From Lachnospiraceae bacterium (GTDB taxonomy: Bacteria > Bacillota > Clostridia > Lachnospirales > Lachnospiraceae): a DNA stretch of 64,000 bases. Shown piece by piece: positions 20,561 through 30,656 of the stretch. Within the stretch, counting starts at the first letter, position 1, and each line of letters begins with the position of its first letter. The notes under the pieces are model-generated. The model did no database searches, had not been told where the DNA came from, and saw only the letters and a program-made list of their open reading frames with translations. Made by a program: the position numbers and the translations under genes. Location of the stretch: NCBI GenBank assembly GCA_022788085.1, contig JALEWA010000066.1, positions 6,465 to 70,464 on the forward strand, written 5' to 3'.

Positions 20561-21538
20561 CTAAATATTAGCATTTGTATTTTTAACAATTCCATGTTTT
20601 AACAAAAAGTCTTTCCAAACTTCATAATACTGGGCTTTGATATGAACCTGATCCCAGGTAAATTCAGGAAGCAGGGCACCATTGCTGCATAAGGAACTTT
20701 GGTTGATATCAATATAAAAGGTGTCCTGCTGATTGGCCAGCGTAGCAATCAAATCATTACGTGAGGCAATATTTTCATTTGTAATTCCTGTATTGCTGTC
20801 CGACTTTGATTGTGTTACTAACAAATTTCCTTCGATAAAGATAAGGGCATCAGGCTGAAGCCTTCGAATATCTTCCACAACATCACGGTATAGCTCATAG
20901 AAAGATTCCGGTGTTCCGCAGCCACTTTCATTGATACCAACCATAAGATAGATCTTGCCAAAGGTTTCGTTCTGTAGCACTTCCTGTATGGAGGTTTTTT
21001 TGTTTTTATACGTAATTTTTGGCTTTGTATAATCATAAATAGAAAGCGATGTCTTACATAGGAAAGTTGCATTCTCAATTCCGGAATATTCACTAATTCC
21101 TACCGTTCTCGAATCACCGATAAAGACAGCATCGTCGAAATAGTCTTCAGATACAGGGGTGAAGGAATAGGTTTTAGAACCATCCAATCCTACATTTTCC
21201 ATGATAGGAGCAAGAGCAGTTGAATTCTCTGTAATTTCTGTTTGAGAGGTTTGGCTTTCTTCTTCAGATTCTGTGGAAGAAGGAATAGATGCCAAGGCAA
21301 GCAATGCATCTTCGTCAGAAACAGGTTCTTCATCGGGAACAGGTTCCGGTTCAGACATCTGTAACAGCAGACCATCGTGTAGTCCCATCATTGCCATTGC
21401 CAGAGGTGGTTCTGTTAGTGAGAAGGTGTCTGATTCATGATAATGCTCCTGATTCCAGTAGCCTCCAAGCATAGTAAAGAAGAGACTTGAAAGCAGAAGG
21501 CAAAAGGTTAATAGATAAGGCTTTATGGAATTCATCAT
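20561..21538 (-). CDS. Membrane-anchored SGNH/GDSL family protein (PatB/AlgX-like acyltransferase or esterase)
   Basis: FIGDSRT (GDS), GINE (Asn), DQVH (DxxH), N-terminal TM helix. Confidence 0.8.
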   Translation of the reverse strand: MMNSIKPYLLTFCLLLSSLFFTMLGGYWNQEHYHESDTFSLTEPPLAMAMMGLHDGLLLQMSEPEPVPDEEPVSDEDALLALASIPSSTESEEESQTSQTEITENSTALAPIMENVGLDGSKTYSFTPVSEDYFDDAVFIGDSRTVGISEYSGIENATFLCKTSLSIYDYTKPKITYKNKKTSIQEVLQNETFGKIYLMVGINESGCGTPESFYELYRDVVEDIRRLQPDALIFIEGNLLVTQSKSDSNTGITNENIASRNDLIATLANQQDTFYIDINQSSLCSNGALLPEFTWDQVHIKAQYYEVWKDFLLKHGIVKNTNANI

Positions 21539-21547
21539 TTACCCCTC

Positions 21548-22966
21548 CTAAAAACGAAAATATAAAAACGGATTATTTAGGCCAATGGAAAGATAATAAA
21601 CGGCATACCAGAATACAGCGAGCGAAAAGCCGACACTGACTATTTTTTGCTCTAACCTTTGCAAAAGCTTTTGAGGCAAATCGGTACAGAAAATCAGGCA
21701 GATGATAAGCAGTGGTGCATAATTTGCCAAATATTTTAAAAAGTCCATAGGATTTATGGCGCTACCGATTCCGAAGAATGGGAACATTCTGGCAAGATAA
21801 ATTTTAAGCTGATGAAAATCACTGATAGCAAAAATAGTCCAGCTTACAAGTATATAGAAAACCATGTAAGTGTGGGAAAGAATTTTTGCTATGATGTTGT
21901 CTTTCTTAAGATGGGGAAGTAAGAAATTCTTCTCCACAATCTGCAGTACAAAAATCAGCAACCCCCAAAGAATAAAATTCCAATCAGCACCATGCCAAAA
22001 GCCAACGAAAAACCATACAATAAAGAGATTGCGTATCGTTTTGAAACGTCCCTTTCTGTTTCCACCTAACGGAATATACACATATTCACGAAACCAGGCG
22101 CCCAGTGTAATATGCCATCGACGCCAGAAATCTGTTACACAACGGGCAGTATATGGGTGGCGGAAATTTTCAGGCATATCAAAGCCAAGCATTTTCCCAA
22201 GACCGATTGCCATCAGGGAATATCCCCAAAAATCAAAGTAGAGCTGTAGGGAATAGGCAAGTGCACCAAGCCAGGCTAAAGGTGTTGAGATGCTTTCGTA
22301 TCCAATCATGCAAATGTCATTCCATAAGGTTCCAATCCGGTTTGCAAGAATAACCTTAGAGCCAAGACCAAGAATAAAGATTTTCAGTCCTTCATCAAGA
22401 TTGCAGATAGATATCTCACGCTTTTCCAGTGCCTTACGGATATCAGAATAGACAACAATCGGACCTGCGATGAGCTGTGGAAACATGCAAAGGTAGGCAC
22501 CAAGATTCACAAATGATTTTTCAACCGGAACGCTGCCACGGTATACATCAATGATATAAGAAACAATCTGGAAGGTATAAAAGCTGATACCAAGGGGAAG
22601 AACAAGCTGTAACAGGTTAAACTGCAGGGAGCTTCCACTCAGCCTTAGTACGGCATTGATATTTTCCAGAAAGAAATCCATATATTTGAAGTAGAATAAC
22701 AGACCAAAATTGTACAGTAAGGAAATAATAAGCAGTAGTCGTTTACGGATTGGATAAGCTTTACAATTGCCAATCAGTAAGCCAAGCAGGTAATTTACCA
22801 GAACGGAGTACAAAATCAGAAGCAGATAGGTAGGCTCTCCAATGCCATAGAAGAGAAGGCTGCCGACAAAAAGTAAGCCATTTCGGAATTTGGCCGGAAG
22901 ACAATAATATAATACCAAAAAAATTGGTAAAAAAACAAATAAAAACTCTAAGCTGCTAAAAACCAT
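21548..22966 (-). CDS. MBOAT family O-acyltransferase (AlgI/DltB/PatA-like)
   Basis: LPLGISFYTFQ, FPQLIAGPIV, FWRRWHITLG, GFWHGA. Confidence 0.92.
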   Translation of the reverse strand: MVFSSLEFLFVFLPIFLVLYYCLPAKFRNGLLFVGSLLFYGIGEPTYLLLILYSVLVNYLLGLLIGNCKAYPIRKRLLLIISLLYNFGLLFYFKYMDFFLENINAVLRLSGSSLQFNLLQLVLPLGISFYTFQIVSYIIDVYRGSVPVEKSFVNLGAYLCMFPQLIAGPIVVYSDIRKALEKREISICNLDEGLKIFILGLGSKVILANRIGTLWNDICMIGYESISTPLAWLGALAYSLQLYFDFWGYSLMAIGLGKMLGFDMPENFRHPYTARCVTDFWRRWHITLGAWFREYVYIPLGGNRKGRFKTIRNLFIVWFFVGFWHGADWNFILWGLLIFVLQIVEKNFLLPHLKKDNIIAKILSHTYMVFYILVSWTIFAISDFHQLKIYLARMFPFFGIGSAINPMDFLKYLANYAPLLIICLIFCTDLPQKLLQRLEQKIVSVGFSLAVFWYAVYYLSIGLNNPFLYFRF

Positions 22967-23167
22967 GACATTTCCCCCATAAGCGCCAAGTAACAGGTAA
23001 ATATTTTATGTTATCCCCTTATCCATTATTATAACAAAAGAAAAGTGAAAATTCCACTAAATTATCACAAAAATAGACACAACTTAGGATAAAAAATATT
23101 CCTCGTTTATGTTGCACAATCTGTTTATTTTATGCGATAATCGTAGAGGAAAAGGATATTAGATTAT

Positions 23168-24256
23168 ATGAAATTAAGGATTATAGATATGAAAAAGAGA
23201 TTGAAATTGAGCCGGAAGGCAATGCTGTTGCTTTTTGCGGCAGCTTTAACTTTAACTGGCTGTCAGAATAAGGAAGCACAAGAGAATGGAGGAACAAAAA
23301 TTGTTCTGACAACGGGCTTTGCAGATAATGAGATATTCCGCATTGATAAATCCTCCTGTACAGTTCCGGAAGTCATGGTATATCTGATGAACACGAAGAA
23401 TCAGTATGAAGAGATATTTGGAGAAGAAATCTGGAATACCTCCCATGAGGGGATGACATTGGAGGAGAATATAAAGGAGACGGTACTCGCTAAAATCGCA
23501 AAGATTAAGGCAATGAATCTGCTTGCACAGCAGGAGGGAATCATATTAAGTGTGGAAGAGAAGCAAAGGACAAGAAAGGCTGCAGAAGTATATTATGCTT
23601 CCCTGAATGATACAGAGATAGAGCAGCTTGCAGTAACCGAAGAGCTGATTATCTCTATGTATGAGGAATATGCGCTGGCAGAGAAGGTGTATGAGCATTT
23701 GATTGCAGATATAAATCCTGAAATCAGTGATGATGAAGCAAGAACCATTACGGTTCAGCATGTTTTGATTAAAACGTATTCGTTGAATGAAAATGGTGAG
23801 AGGGTACCATATACGGATCAGGCAAAGAGCGAGGCATATCAGACTGCAAGAGAGGTCTGGCAGAAGGCAATGAATGGTGAGGAATTTGCAGGCTTGATTG
23901 CAGAGTATAGTGAAGACAGCAATTCGTCCTATTCTTTTAGTAAGGGAAGCATGGATGAAGCTTTTGAGCAGGCAGCTTTTAATCTGGGAACCGGTGAAAT
24001 CAGCAATATTGTGGAGAGTGAATCCGGTTATCATATCATCAAGTGTATCAGTACCTTTGACAGAGAAGAAACGGATCGTAACAAAGTAAAGATTGTAGAG
24101 CAGCGCCGAAAGGAAGTCTTTAATGAAGAATATACCAGCTTTGTAAATGGGCTTACGAGGAATCTGAATGCAAAGCTTTGGGAAACGATAGTCTTTCCGG
24201 ATGATGAAAGAATAACAACCAGCACCTTTTTTGAGACCTTTCATAACTATTTCTAA
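23168..24256 (+). CDS. Parvulin-type peptidyl-prolyl isomerase lipoprotein (PrsA-like)
   Basis: Lipobox LTGC, VQHVLIK, FAGLIAEYSED, GYHIIK. Confidence 0.85.
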   Translation: MKLRIIDMKKRLKLSRKAMLLLFAAALTLTGCQNKEAQENGGTKIVLTTGFADNEIFRIDKSSCTVPEVMVYLMNTKNQYEEIFGEEIWNTSHEGMTLEENIKETVLAKIAKIKAMNLLAQQEGIILSVEEKQRTRKAAEVYYASLNDTEIEQLAVTEELIISMYEEYALAEKVYEHLIADINPEISDDEARTITVQHVLIKTYSLNENGERVPYTDQAKSEAYQTAREVWQKAMNGEEFAGLIAEYSEDSNSSYSFSKGSMDEAFEQAAFNLGTGEISNIVESESGYHIIKCISTFDREETDRNKVKIVEQRRKEVFNEEYTSFVNGLTRNLNAKLWETIVFPDDERITTSTFFETFHNYF

Positions 24257-24282
24257 ATGAAATATAAACAAAATATTAATTA

Positions 24283-24309
24283 TTAGCACTCAAGACTTTT
24301 GAGTGCTAA
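24283..24309. promoter_or_regulatory. CIRCE element (HrcA operator)
   Basis: Exact TTAGCACTC-N9-GAGTGCTAA, just upstream of the htpG promoter TTGACT (24317), 17 bp, TAAACT (24340). Confidence 0.95.
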
Positions 24310-24403
24310 TTTTCTATTGACTTTTATTTTAGGGCGTATTAAACTATGTTACAGACATGGGAGGAATCCGAAAATATAGTAAATCGAAAGGAATGTGATT
24401 TTT

Positions 24404-26503
24404 ATGGCAGAGAAACATGGTAGTCTATCTATCAATAGCGAGAATATTTTCCCGATAATCAAGAAGTGGTTATATTCAGACCACGATATCTTTTATAGAG
24501 AGCTGATTTCTAACGGTTGTGATGCAATTACAAAGCTTAAGAAATTAGAGATGATGGGTGAATACACCTATCCGGCAGATGTGAAGAGTGATATTCATGT
24601 TATTGTCGATCCGGAGAAGAAGACATTAAAGTTCATTGATACCGGTCTTGGTATGACAGCCGATGAAGTAGAAGAGTACATCAATCAGATTGCTTTTTCC
24701 GGCGCTACAGACTTTATTGAGAAATATAAGGATAAGACAAATGATGACCAGATCATCGGTCATTTCGGACTTGGCTTCTACTCAGCATTCATGGTAGCTG
24801 ATGAGGTTCATATCGATACACTTTCTTATAAAGAGGGTGCCAAGCCTGTACATTGGGAATGTGATGGCGGAACAGAGTTTGATATGAAGGATGGCGACAG
24901 AACAGCTGTAGGTACAGAGATTACCTTATTCCTGAATGAAGACTGCTTAGAGTTCTGTAACGAGTATAAGGCAAGAGAGGTCATTAAGAAGTACTGTTCC
25001 TTCATGCCATATGAAATCTACCTGGAAAAGGCAAATGCACCGGAGGAATTCGAAACCATCAATCCTGAGGACAAGAGAGAGGATGATGTTGTTGTAGAAA
25101 CAATAGAAGAGGATAAGCCGGGTGCAGAGGCTGATGAGAATGGCGAAAAAGAAAAGGTTACAAAGCTTAAGATTAAGAAGAGACCGGTTCCGTTGAATGA
25201 TACACATCCATTGTGGACAAAGCATCCAAATGAGTGCTCCAGAGAAGATTATATTGATTTCTACCGTAAGGTATTCCAGGATTATAAAGAGCCATTATTC
25301 TGGATTCATCTGAATATGGATTATCCATTTAACATGAAGGGTATTCTTTACTTCCCTAAGATTAATATGGAATATGAATCCATTGAAGGTACGATTAAGC
25401 TATATAACAATCAGGTATTTATTGCTGATAATATCAAGGAGGTTATTCCTGAGTTCCTGTTATTATTAAAGGGTGTTATTGACTGTCCTGATCTTCCTCT
25501 TAATGTATCAAGAAGTGCATTACAGAATGACGGATTTGTTACGAAAATCAGTGAATACATTACCAAGAAGGTTGCAGATAAGCTTTCCGGAATGTGTAAG
25601 ACAGACAAGGAAAACTATGAGAAGTACTGGGATGATATCAGCCCATTCATCAAATTTGGCTGCTTAAAGGATGATAAGTTCTGTGAAAAGATGACAGATT
25701 ATATCTTATTCAAGAATCTGGATGGGCAGTATGTAACATTACCTGAGTGTCTTGAAGTTAAGAAAATCGATCCGGATGCAGAAGAGAACCAGACAAAGGC
25801 AACAGATGCTGAGACAGGAGAAACAGTCGATGCAGAAGTTGTTGATAATGAGGACGATGTAGAGATTCCATCCGAGGATGAAGAAACCAAGGAGAAGATT
25901 ATCTACTATGTAACAGATACCGTTCAGCAGAGCCAGTATATCAATATGTTCAAGAAGGCAAAGATGGATGCGGTAATCTTACCGGATAAGATCGATCAGC
26001 CATTTGTTTCCCAATTGGAGTCTAAGAATCAGGGAATTAAGTTTGCAAGAATTGATGCTGACTTGACAGATACCTTTAAGACAAAGAACTCCAAGAAGGT
26101 AGAAGAAGAACTTGCCAAGAAGAGCGAGGAAGTATCCAAGCTGTTCAAGAAGGCGATTAAGAAGGATAATATTACCGTTAAGGTTGAAAAGCTTAAGAAT
26201 AAAGATATTTCTTCCATGATTACCGTTTCCGAAGAAGCCCGCAGAATGCAGGATATGATGAAGATGTATGCAATGCCTGGCATGGATATGGGTGCTATGG
26301 GTAAGGAAGGTGAAACACTGATTCTGAATGCAAACAACAAATTAGTTGAATATATTTTAGAGCATCAGGATGGTGAAAATGTAGACCTAATCTGTGAACA
26401 GCTCTATGACCTTGCATTGATCCAGCAGGCTCCATTACAGCCGGAAGCAATGACAAAATTTATTGCAAGAAGTAATAAAATCATGATGTTGCTTGCACAA
26501 TAA
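24404..26503 (+). CDS. htpG: Hsp90 chaperone HtpG
   Basis: RELISNGCDA, DTGLGMT, IGHFGLGFYSAF, LPLNVSR. Confidence 0.96.
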   Translation: MAEKHGSLSINSENIFPIIKKWLYSDHDIFYRELISNGCDAITKLKKLEMMGEYTYPADVKSDIHVIVDPEKKTLKFIDTGLGMTADEVEEYINQIAFSGATDFIEKYKDKTNDDQIIGHFGLGFYSAFMVADEVHIDTLSYKEGAKPVHWECDGGTEFDMKDGDRTAVGTEITLFLNEDCLEFCNEYKAREVIKKYCSFMPYEIYLEKANAPEEFETINPEDKREDDVVVETIEEDKPGAEADENGEKEKVTKLKIKKRPVPLNDTHPLWTKHPNECSREDYIDFYRKVFQDYKEPLFWIHLNMDYPFNMKGILYFPKINMEYESIEGTIKLYNNQVFIADNIKEVIPEFLLLLKGVIDCPDLPLNVSRSALQNDGFVTKISEYITKKVADKLSGMCKTDKENYEKYWDDISPFIKFGCLKDDKFCEKMTDYILFKNLDGQYVTLPECLEVKKIDPDAEENQTKATDAETGETVDAEVVDNEDDVEIPSEDEETKEKIIYYVTDTVQQSQYINMFKKAKMDAVILPDKIDQPFVSQLESKNQGIKFARIDADLTDTFKTKNSKKVEEELAKKSEEVSKLFKKAIKKDNITVKVEKLKNKDISSMITVSEEARRMQDMMKMYAMPGMDMGAMGKEGETLILNANNKLVEYILEHQDGENVDLICEQLYDLALIQQAPLQPEAMTKFIARSNKIMMLLAQ

Positions 26504-26512
26504 GTAAATATG

Positions 26513-26544
26513 AAGTACCCTGCTATATAGTAGGGTACTTTTTT
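26513..26544 (+). terminator. Intrinsic terminator after htpG
   Basis: AAGTACCCTGCTA-TA-TAGTAGGGTACTT plus T run. Confidence 0.8.
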
Positions 26545-26555
26545 GGGGGAAGGAC

Positions 26556-27182
26556 ATGGATGCATTTATATTCATTATAGAAATCATAGGAACAATCGCT
26601 TTTTCAGTTTCGGGAGCAATGACGGGAATTGAGAAGAAGATGGATATTTTTGGAATTGCGATTCTGGGACTGACAACGGCAGTAGGAGGTGGAATCCTAA
26701 GGGATATCCTTACGGGCTGTATACCGCCGCAGACCTTTCGAAATCCGATATATGCAATGATTGCCGTTATTACGGCAGTGATTATCTTTTTGTTTGCTTA
26801 TACCGGAAAGCTCGTCTATAATACAAAGATATTTGAGTTCTTAGTCTTCCTGATGGATTCCCTTGGACTTGGCATTTTTACAGTCGTAGGAATCAATACA
26901 GCATTTCATACATCGAATGAATTCGGACACTTTCTACTTATCTTTGTCGGAGTGATCACTGGTGTAGGTGGAGGTGTCTTGCGTGATATGCTTGCAGGTA
27001 ATACACCATATATTTTTGTGAAGCATGTATATGCATGTGCTTCCCTTGCAGGAGCTGTTGTATGTGTATATGCATGGGACTCTCTTGGAGCTACCAGAGC
27101 AATGCTTACCGGAGCTGTTATTATTGTACTGATCAGATTCCTTTCAGCATACTTTAAATGGAATCTGCCAAGAATAAGATAA
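26556..27182 (+). CDS. Trimeric intracellular cation channel (TRIC/UPF0126) family membrane protein
   Basis: Two repeats of TAVGGG-x-LRD / TGVGGGVLRD, and multiple TM helices. Confidence 0.88.
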   Translation: MDAFIFIIEIIGTIAFSVSGAMTGIEKKMDIFGIAILGLTTAVGGGILRDILTGCIPPQTFRNPIYAMIAVITAVIIFLFAYTGKLVYNTKIFEFLVFLMDSLGLGIFTVVGINTAFHTSNEFGHFLLIFVGVITGVGGGVLRDMLAGNTPYIFVKHVYACASLAGAVVCVYAWDSLGATRAMLTGAVIIVLIRFLSAYFKWNLPRIR

Positions 27183-27199
27183 AAAAGAGGAAGCTTTCG

Positions 27200-27766
27200 C
27201 TACGAAGCTTCCTCTTCTCTCTCATTTCCAGGATTCTCAATAACACATACCTGCATGATTCTGTCTTTATCTGCAAACCATGTATTTTCACAATCTGCAT
27301 TGACTGCCTGACAGAAGGTAGCATAGATACCAAGTGTAGGATTCCAGAGGTAATCACGTTCCTCATACATGCCAATCAGCAGGCTTCTGTCAACAAGTCC
27401 GGTAAATCCTAATTCCTTTACCGGCTTTAAGTTCAATTCAAAAGCAAGCCTTGGATTATAGGTTGAAATCACAACACCTTCTTCTAAGATATCGCGAATC
27501 ATAACATTTTCATAGCCTTCCTTCATGATACCAACCATACGGATTTCACTGGCGCGTGTCAATGAAGTGTCCCGAAGGTCTGTCTGTAACAGATACCTTC
27601 CGTCCTGAGCAGGAAAGGTAAAGTTCTCATCCGCAACATCAGAATAAAGAATAAATCTGCCTACACCAAGATAGACAGCAGGATATTCCCGTCCACAATA
27701 AGTAACATACAGACCGCTTTTGTATTCGCCTGTAGCAGTTCCTTCATGTTCAAAGCTCTCCCTCAT
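27200..27766 (-). CDS. Hypothetical protein resembling TNT-immunity (IFT-like) proteins
   Basis: GLYVTYCGREYPA...ILYSD...KEGYENVMI...LVDRS pattern. SD GGGAG upstream. Family call is by pattern only. Confidence 0.45.
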   Translation of the reverse strand: MRESFEHEGTATGEYKSGLYVTYCGREYPAVYLGVGRFILYSDVADENFTFPAQDGRYLLQTDLRDTSLTRASEIRMVGIMKEGYENVMIRDILEEGVVISTYNPRLAFELNLKPVKELGFTGLVDRSLLIGMYEERDYLWNPTLGIYATFCQAVNADCENTWFADKDRIMQVCVIENPGNEREEEAS

Positions 27767-28081
27767 ATAGCATCTCCCTTATTATGTAATTGATAAAACG
27801 GCATGCAGATTCCTCCCAAATACATGCAGTAGTCTGTTGATCTGCTCAACAACTAATCATCATGATAGTATAAGGAGGAGTGATTGACAAGGGGTAAAAA
27901 GTACAAAGAAATAAGGCAACACATAATTGTGTGAATACACAAAAAAATAGAAACTGTATTATTTTATTAGACAAAAGATAAAAAGATAGACAAAAGCTTA
28001 CATCATAATTGATTAAATAAAAATAGAGTGATACACTATAAGTATTCTGAATAGTTACGTTATATAATAAGGAGCAAAAAT

Positions 28082-29140
28082 ATGGCAGTGTCAATAGAAG
28101 AAATTCTGAGTAAAGCAAAGGAAGCAGGTGCTTCTGATGTACATATTACGGTAGGTATACCGCCTAAAATGAGAGTCAATGGAAAACTGATTACCATGGA
28201 AGGACCAAAGCTTCTTCCTCCTGATACCATGGAAATTGCAATCCATGTCATGAATGAGAAACAAAGGCAGCATTTTGAAGAAAATGGAGAAGTAGATATG
28301 TCCTTTGCCATTGCAGGTGAGGGCAGATATCGAGTAAATGTCTATAAACAAAGAGGCTCTATTGCGATGGCATTCCGTTTAGTAGGAACCACTATTCCAT
28401 CACCGGAATCATTAGGAGTACCGCAGTCAGTTATTGATTTGTACCAGAAGAAGAGAGGTCTTGTATTGGTAACAGGACCTACGGGAAGTGGTAAGTCTAC
28501 AACGTTAGCTTCTATTATTGATACAGTAAACAATAACAGAGAGGCTCATGTGATTACGCTGGAGGACCCAATTGAATATCTGCATCAGCATAAGAAATCA
28601 ATTGTAAATCAAAGAGAAATCGGATTGGATTCGAATAACTATGCAAAAGCGTTACGTGCAGCACTTCGTGAGGATCCTGATGTCATTCTGGTCGGAGAGA
28701 TGCGTGACTTTGAAACCATCAGTACTGCAATTACCGCAGCAGAGACAGGTCATCTTGTGTTCTCCACATTGCATACCATTGGTGCGGCAAGTACAGTAGA
28801 CCGAGTAATTGATGTATTCCCACCACATCAGCAACAGCAGATACGTGTCCAGTTTGCCAATGTGTTGGAGGCAGTTATTTCACAGCAGTTGATACCAATG
28901 GTGAATGGAGAAGGACGAGTCGCAGCCTTTGAGGTACTTCACAACAATCCGGCAGTCCGTAATTTGATTCGTGAGGGCAAGACACATCAGCTTACCAGTG
29001 TTATGCAGACAAACCGGAAGATGGGAATGATAACGATGGATGATGCACTTACGCAGCTTTATCAGGAATATAAGATTAGCCGTGAAATGGCTTTGCAATT
29101 TGCTCAGGATCAGGAAAGCTTAAAGAACAAGCTATTATAA
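28082..29140 (+). CDS. pilT: Type IV pilus retraction ATPase PilT
   Basis: ASDVHI, GPTGSGKSTT, EDPIE, LREDPDVILVGEMRD, TGHLVFSTLHT. Confidence 0.95.
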   Translation: MAVSIEEILSKAKEAGASDVHITVGIPPKMRVNGKLITMEGPKLLPPDTMEIAIHVMNEKQRQHFEENGEVDMSFAIAGEGRYRVNVYKQRGSIAMAFRLVGTTIPSPESLGVPQSVIDLYQKKRGLVLVTGPTGSGKSTTLASIIDTVNNNREAHVITLEDPIEYLHQHKKSIVNQREIGLDSNNYAKALRAALREDPDVILVGEMRDFETISTAITAAETGHLVFSTLHTIGAASTVDRVIDVFPPHQQQQIRVQFANVLEAVISQQLIPMVNGEGRVAAFEVLHNNPAVRNLIREGKTHQLTSVMQTNRKMGMITMDDALTQLYQEYKISREMALQFAQDQESLKNKLL

Positions 29141-29153
29141 AAGGAAAAGCAGA

Positions 29154-30653
29154 ATGTCGAAAGTACTTTGTATAGAAATCGGTCGTGAAATGACCAAAAT
29201 ATGTGAGATGGATTATAAAACAAAAAATCCAAAGGTTTATCATTGTATTGAACTTCCAACTCCGGCCGGGGCAGTTGTTGATGGATATCTGGCAGAAGAC
29301 AGGCTTACGGGGCTGAAGAATTCTATGCAGATAGCTTTGACTGAAAAAAAGATTAAAACGAAGAAAGTGATCTTCAGTATTTTTTCAAGCAAAATCATTA
29401 CCAGAGAAGTAGTACTTCCGGCTGTACGTACAGGACAGATACAAAATGTGATAGAAGCCAATATCTCAGAGTATTTTCCGATTGAGCCTGAAGATTATGT
29501 AATTGCCCACTCTGTGCTTACGACTTTTTCGGAGGGGGAAAATGCAAGACGTCATAGGACGCTTATCTTTGCAGCAGAGAAGAAACTGGTCAGAGCGTAT
29601 GAAGCACTTGCGGTAGAATGTGGCTGGGTATTGGAAAATATTGACTATGCCGGCAATGGTATTTATCAGGCAGCAAGGAGCCTGGTGAAGGAACAGACAG
29701 GAATGTTCGTGAAGGCAGAAACAGAGAATACGATGGTGTCTATTATAAAGAATGGAACACTTATGCTTCAAAGAATCGTGAATTATGGAGTTAATTCAGA
29801 TTCAGAAGACCAGGAAATGCTGATAAGCTCGTTATTACGTATAGAAGATTTCTATCTGTTACAGTCGGAGGAAAACAAAATAGATCATATTTTTGTTACG
29901 GGAAAAGGAGCAGAAGACAGTGTTTTTGTAGCTTCTATTGGAAAGCAGACAAATATTTCCTGTAACAGGGTAGAGCGTTTACAGGAAATCAGGCTTCTAC
30001 AGGCTTCACAGGGGGTAAGAGTCTATCGCTTTGTTTCCTGTATCGGCGCAGGAATAGCGCCTGTTGGATTGACAACGCAGATTAAAAAGGGAAAACAGGA
30101 AACAGATTATTTTCATGCAAGCATGTTGTTAATTATTCTTTTCCTTGTATTAGGTGGAGCTATTATTTCAAGTTCAGTTCTGCCTTATTTGGCAGAGCTG
30201 GAAAAAGAGCAGGAACTAAAGCAGTTGGAAGAAACGTATATTCCGGCTAAGGCTGTTTATGAAAGATATATGGCTTTATCAGAATTGTATGAGCAGATTG
30301 ATTATGCCAATCGATTAACAGAGCATGCCAATGACGGGCTGCTTCAATTCCTGAATGAGCTTGAGAAAAAGCTGCCAAGTGATGTAAGGGTAAAGGAATT
30401 TCAGTCGGATGATGAGCAGGCTGTCATCCAAATGGTGGTAGCAGATAAGGAAACGGCAGCGCGCGTAATTCATACACTAAGGGAGTTTGACAGCATTATG
30501 TCACTTAGTGTTAAAGATGTGGTAGAGGAATCAGAAGACGAAACCAAAGAAAAAGAAGTATCCTTCCTGATTAACTGCATGTATGTGCAGCCGGAGATTA
30601 CACAACCGGAAGAATCAGGCACAGTAGCAACAGATGGCACAGCTGTGGAATAG
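29154..30653 (+). CDS. Type IV pilus assembly protein, PilM-like domain fused to a TM + PilN-like domain
   Basis: Actin-like N-terminus (IEIGREMTKI, FVTGKGA), TM MLLIILFLVLGGAII, C-terminal LEKKLPSDV PilN-type region; directly after pilT. Confidence 0.7.
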   Translation: MSKVLCIEIGREMTKICEMDYKTKNPKVYHCIELPTPAGAVVDGYLAEDRLTGLKNSMQIALTEKKIKTKKVIFSIFSSKIITREVVLPAVRTGQIQNVIEANISEYFPIEPEDYVIAHSVLTTFSEGENARRHRTLIFAAEKKLVRAYEALAVECGWVLENIDYAGNGIYQAARSLVKEQTGMFVKAETENTMVSIIKNGTLMLQRIVNYGVNSDSEDQEMLISSLLRIEDFYLLQSEENKIDHIFVTGKGAEDSVFVASIGKQTNISCNRVERLQEIRLLQASQGVRVYRFVSCIGAGIAPVGLTTQIKKGKQETDYFHASMLLIILFLVLGGAIISSSVLPYLAELEKEQELKQLEETYIPAKAVYERYMALSELYEQIDYANRLTEHANDGLLQFLNELEKKLPSDVRVKEFQSDDEQAVIQMVVADKETAARVIHTLREFDSIMSLSVKDVVEESEDETKEKEVSFLINCMYVQPEITQPEESGTVATDGTAVE

Positions 30654-30656
30654 GGG

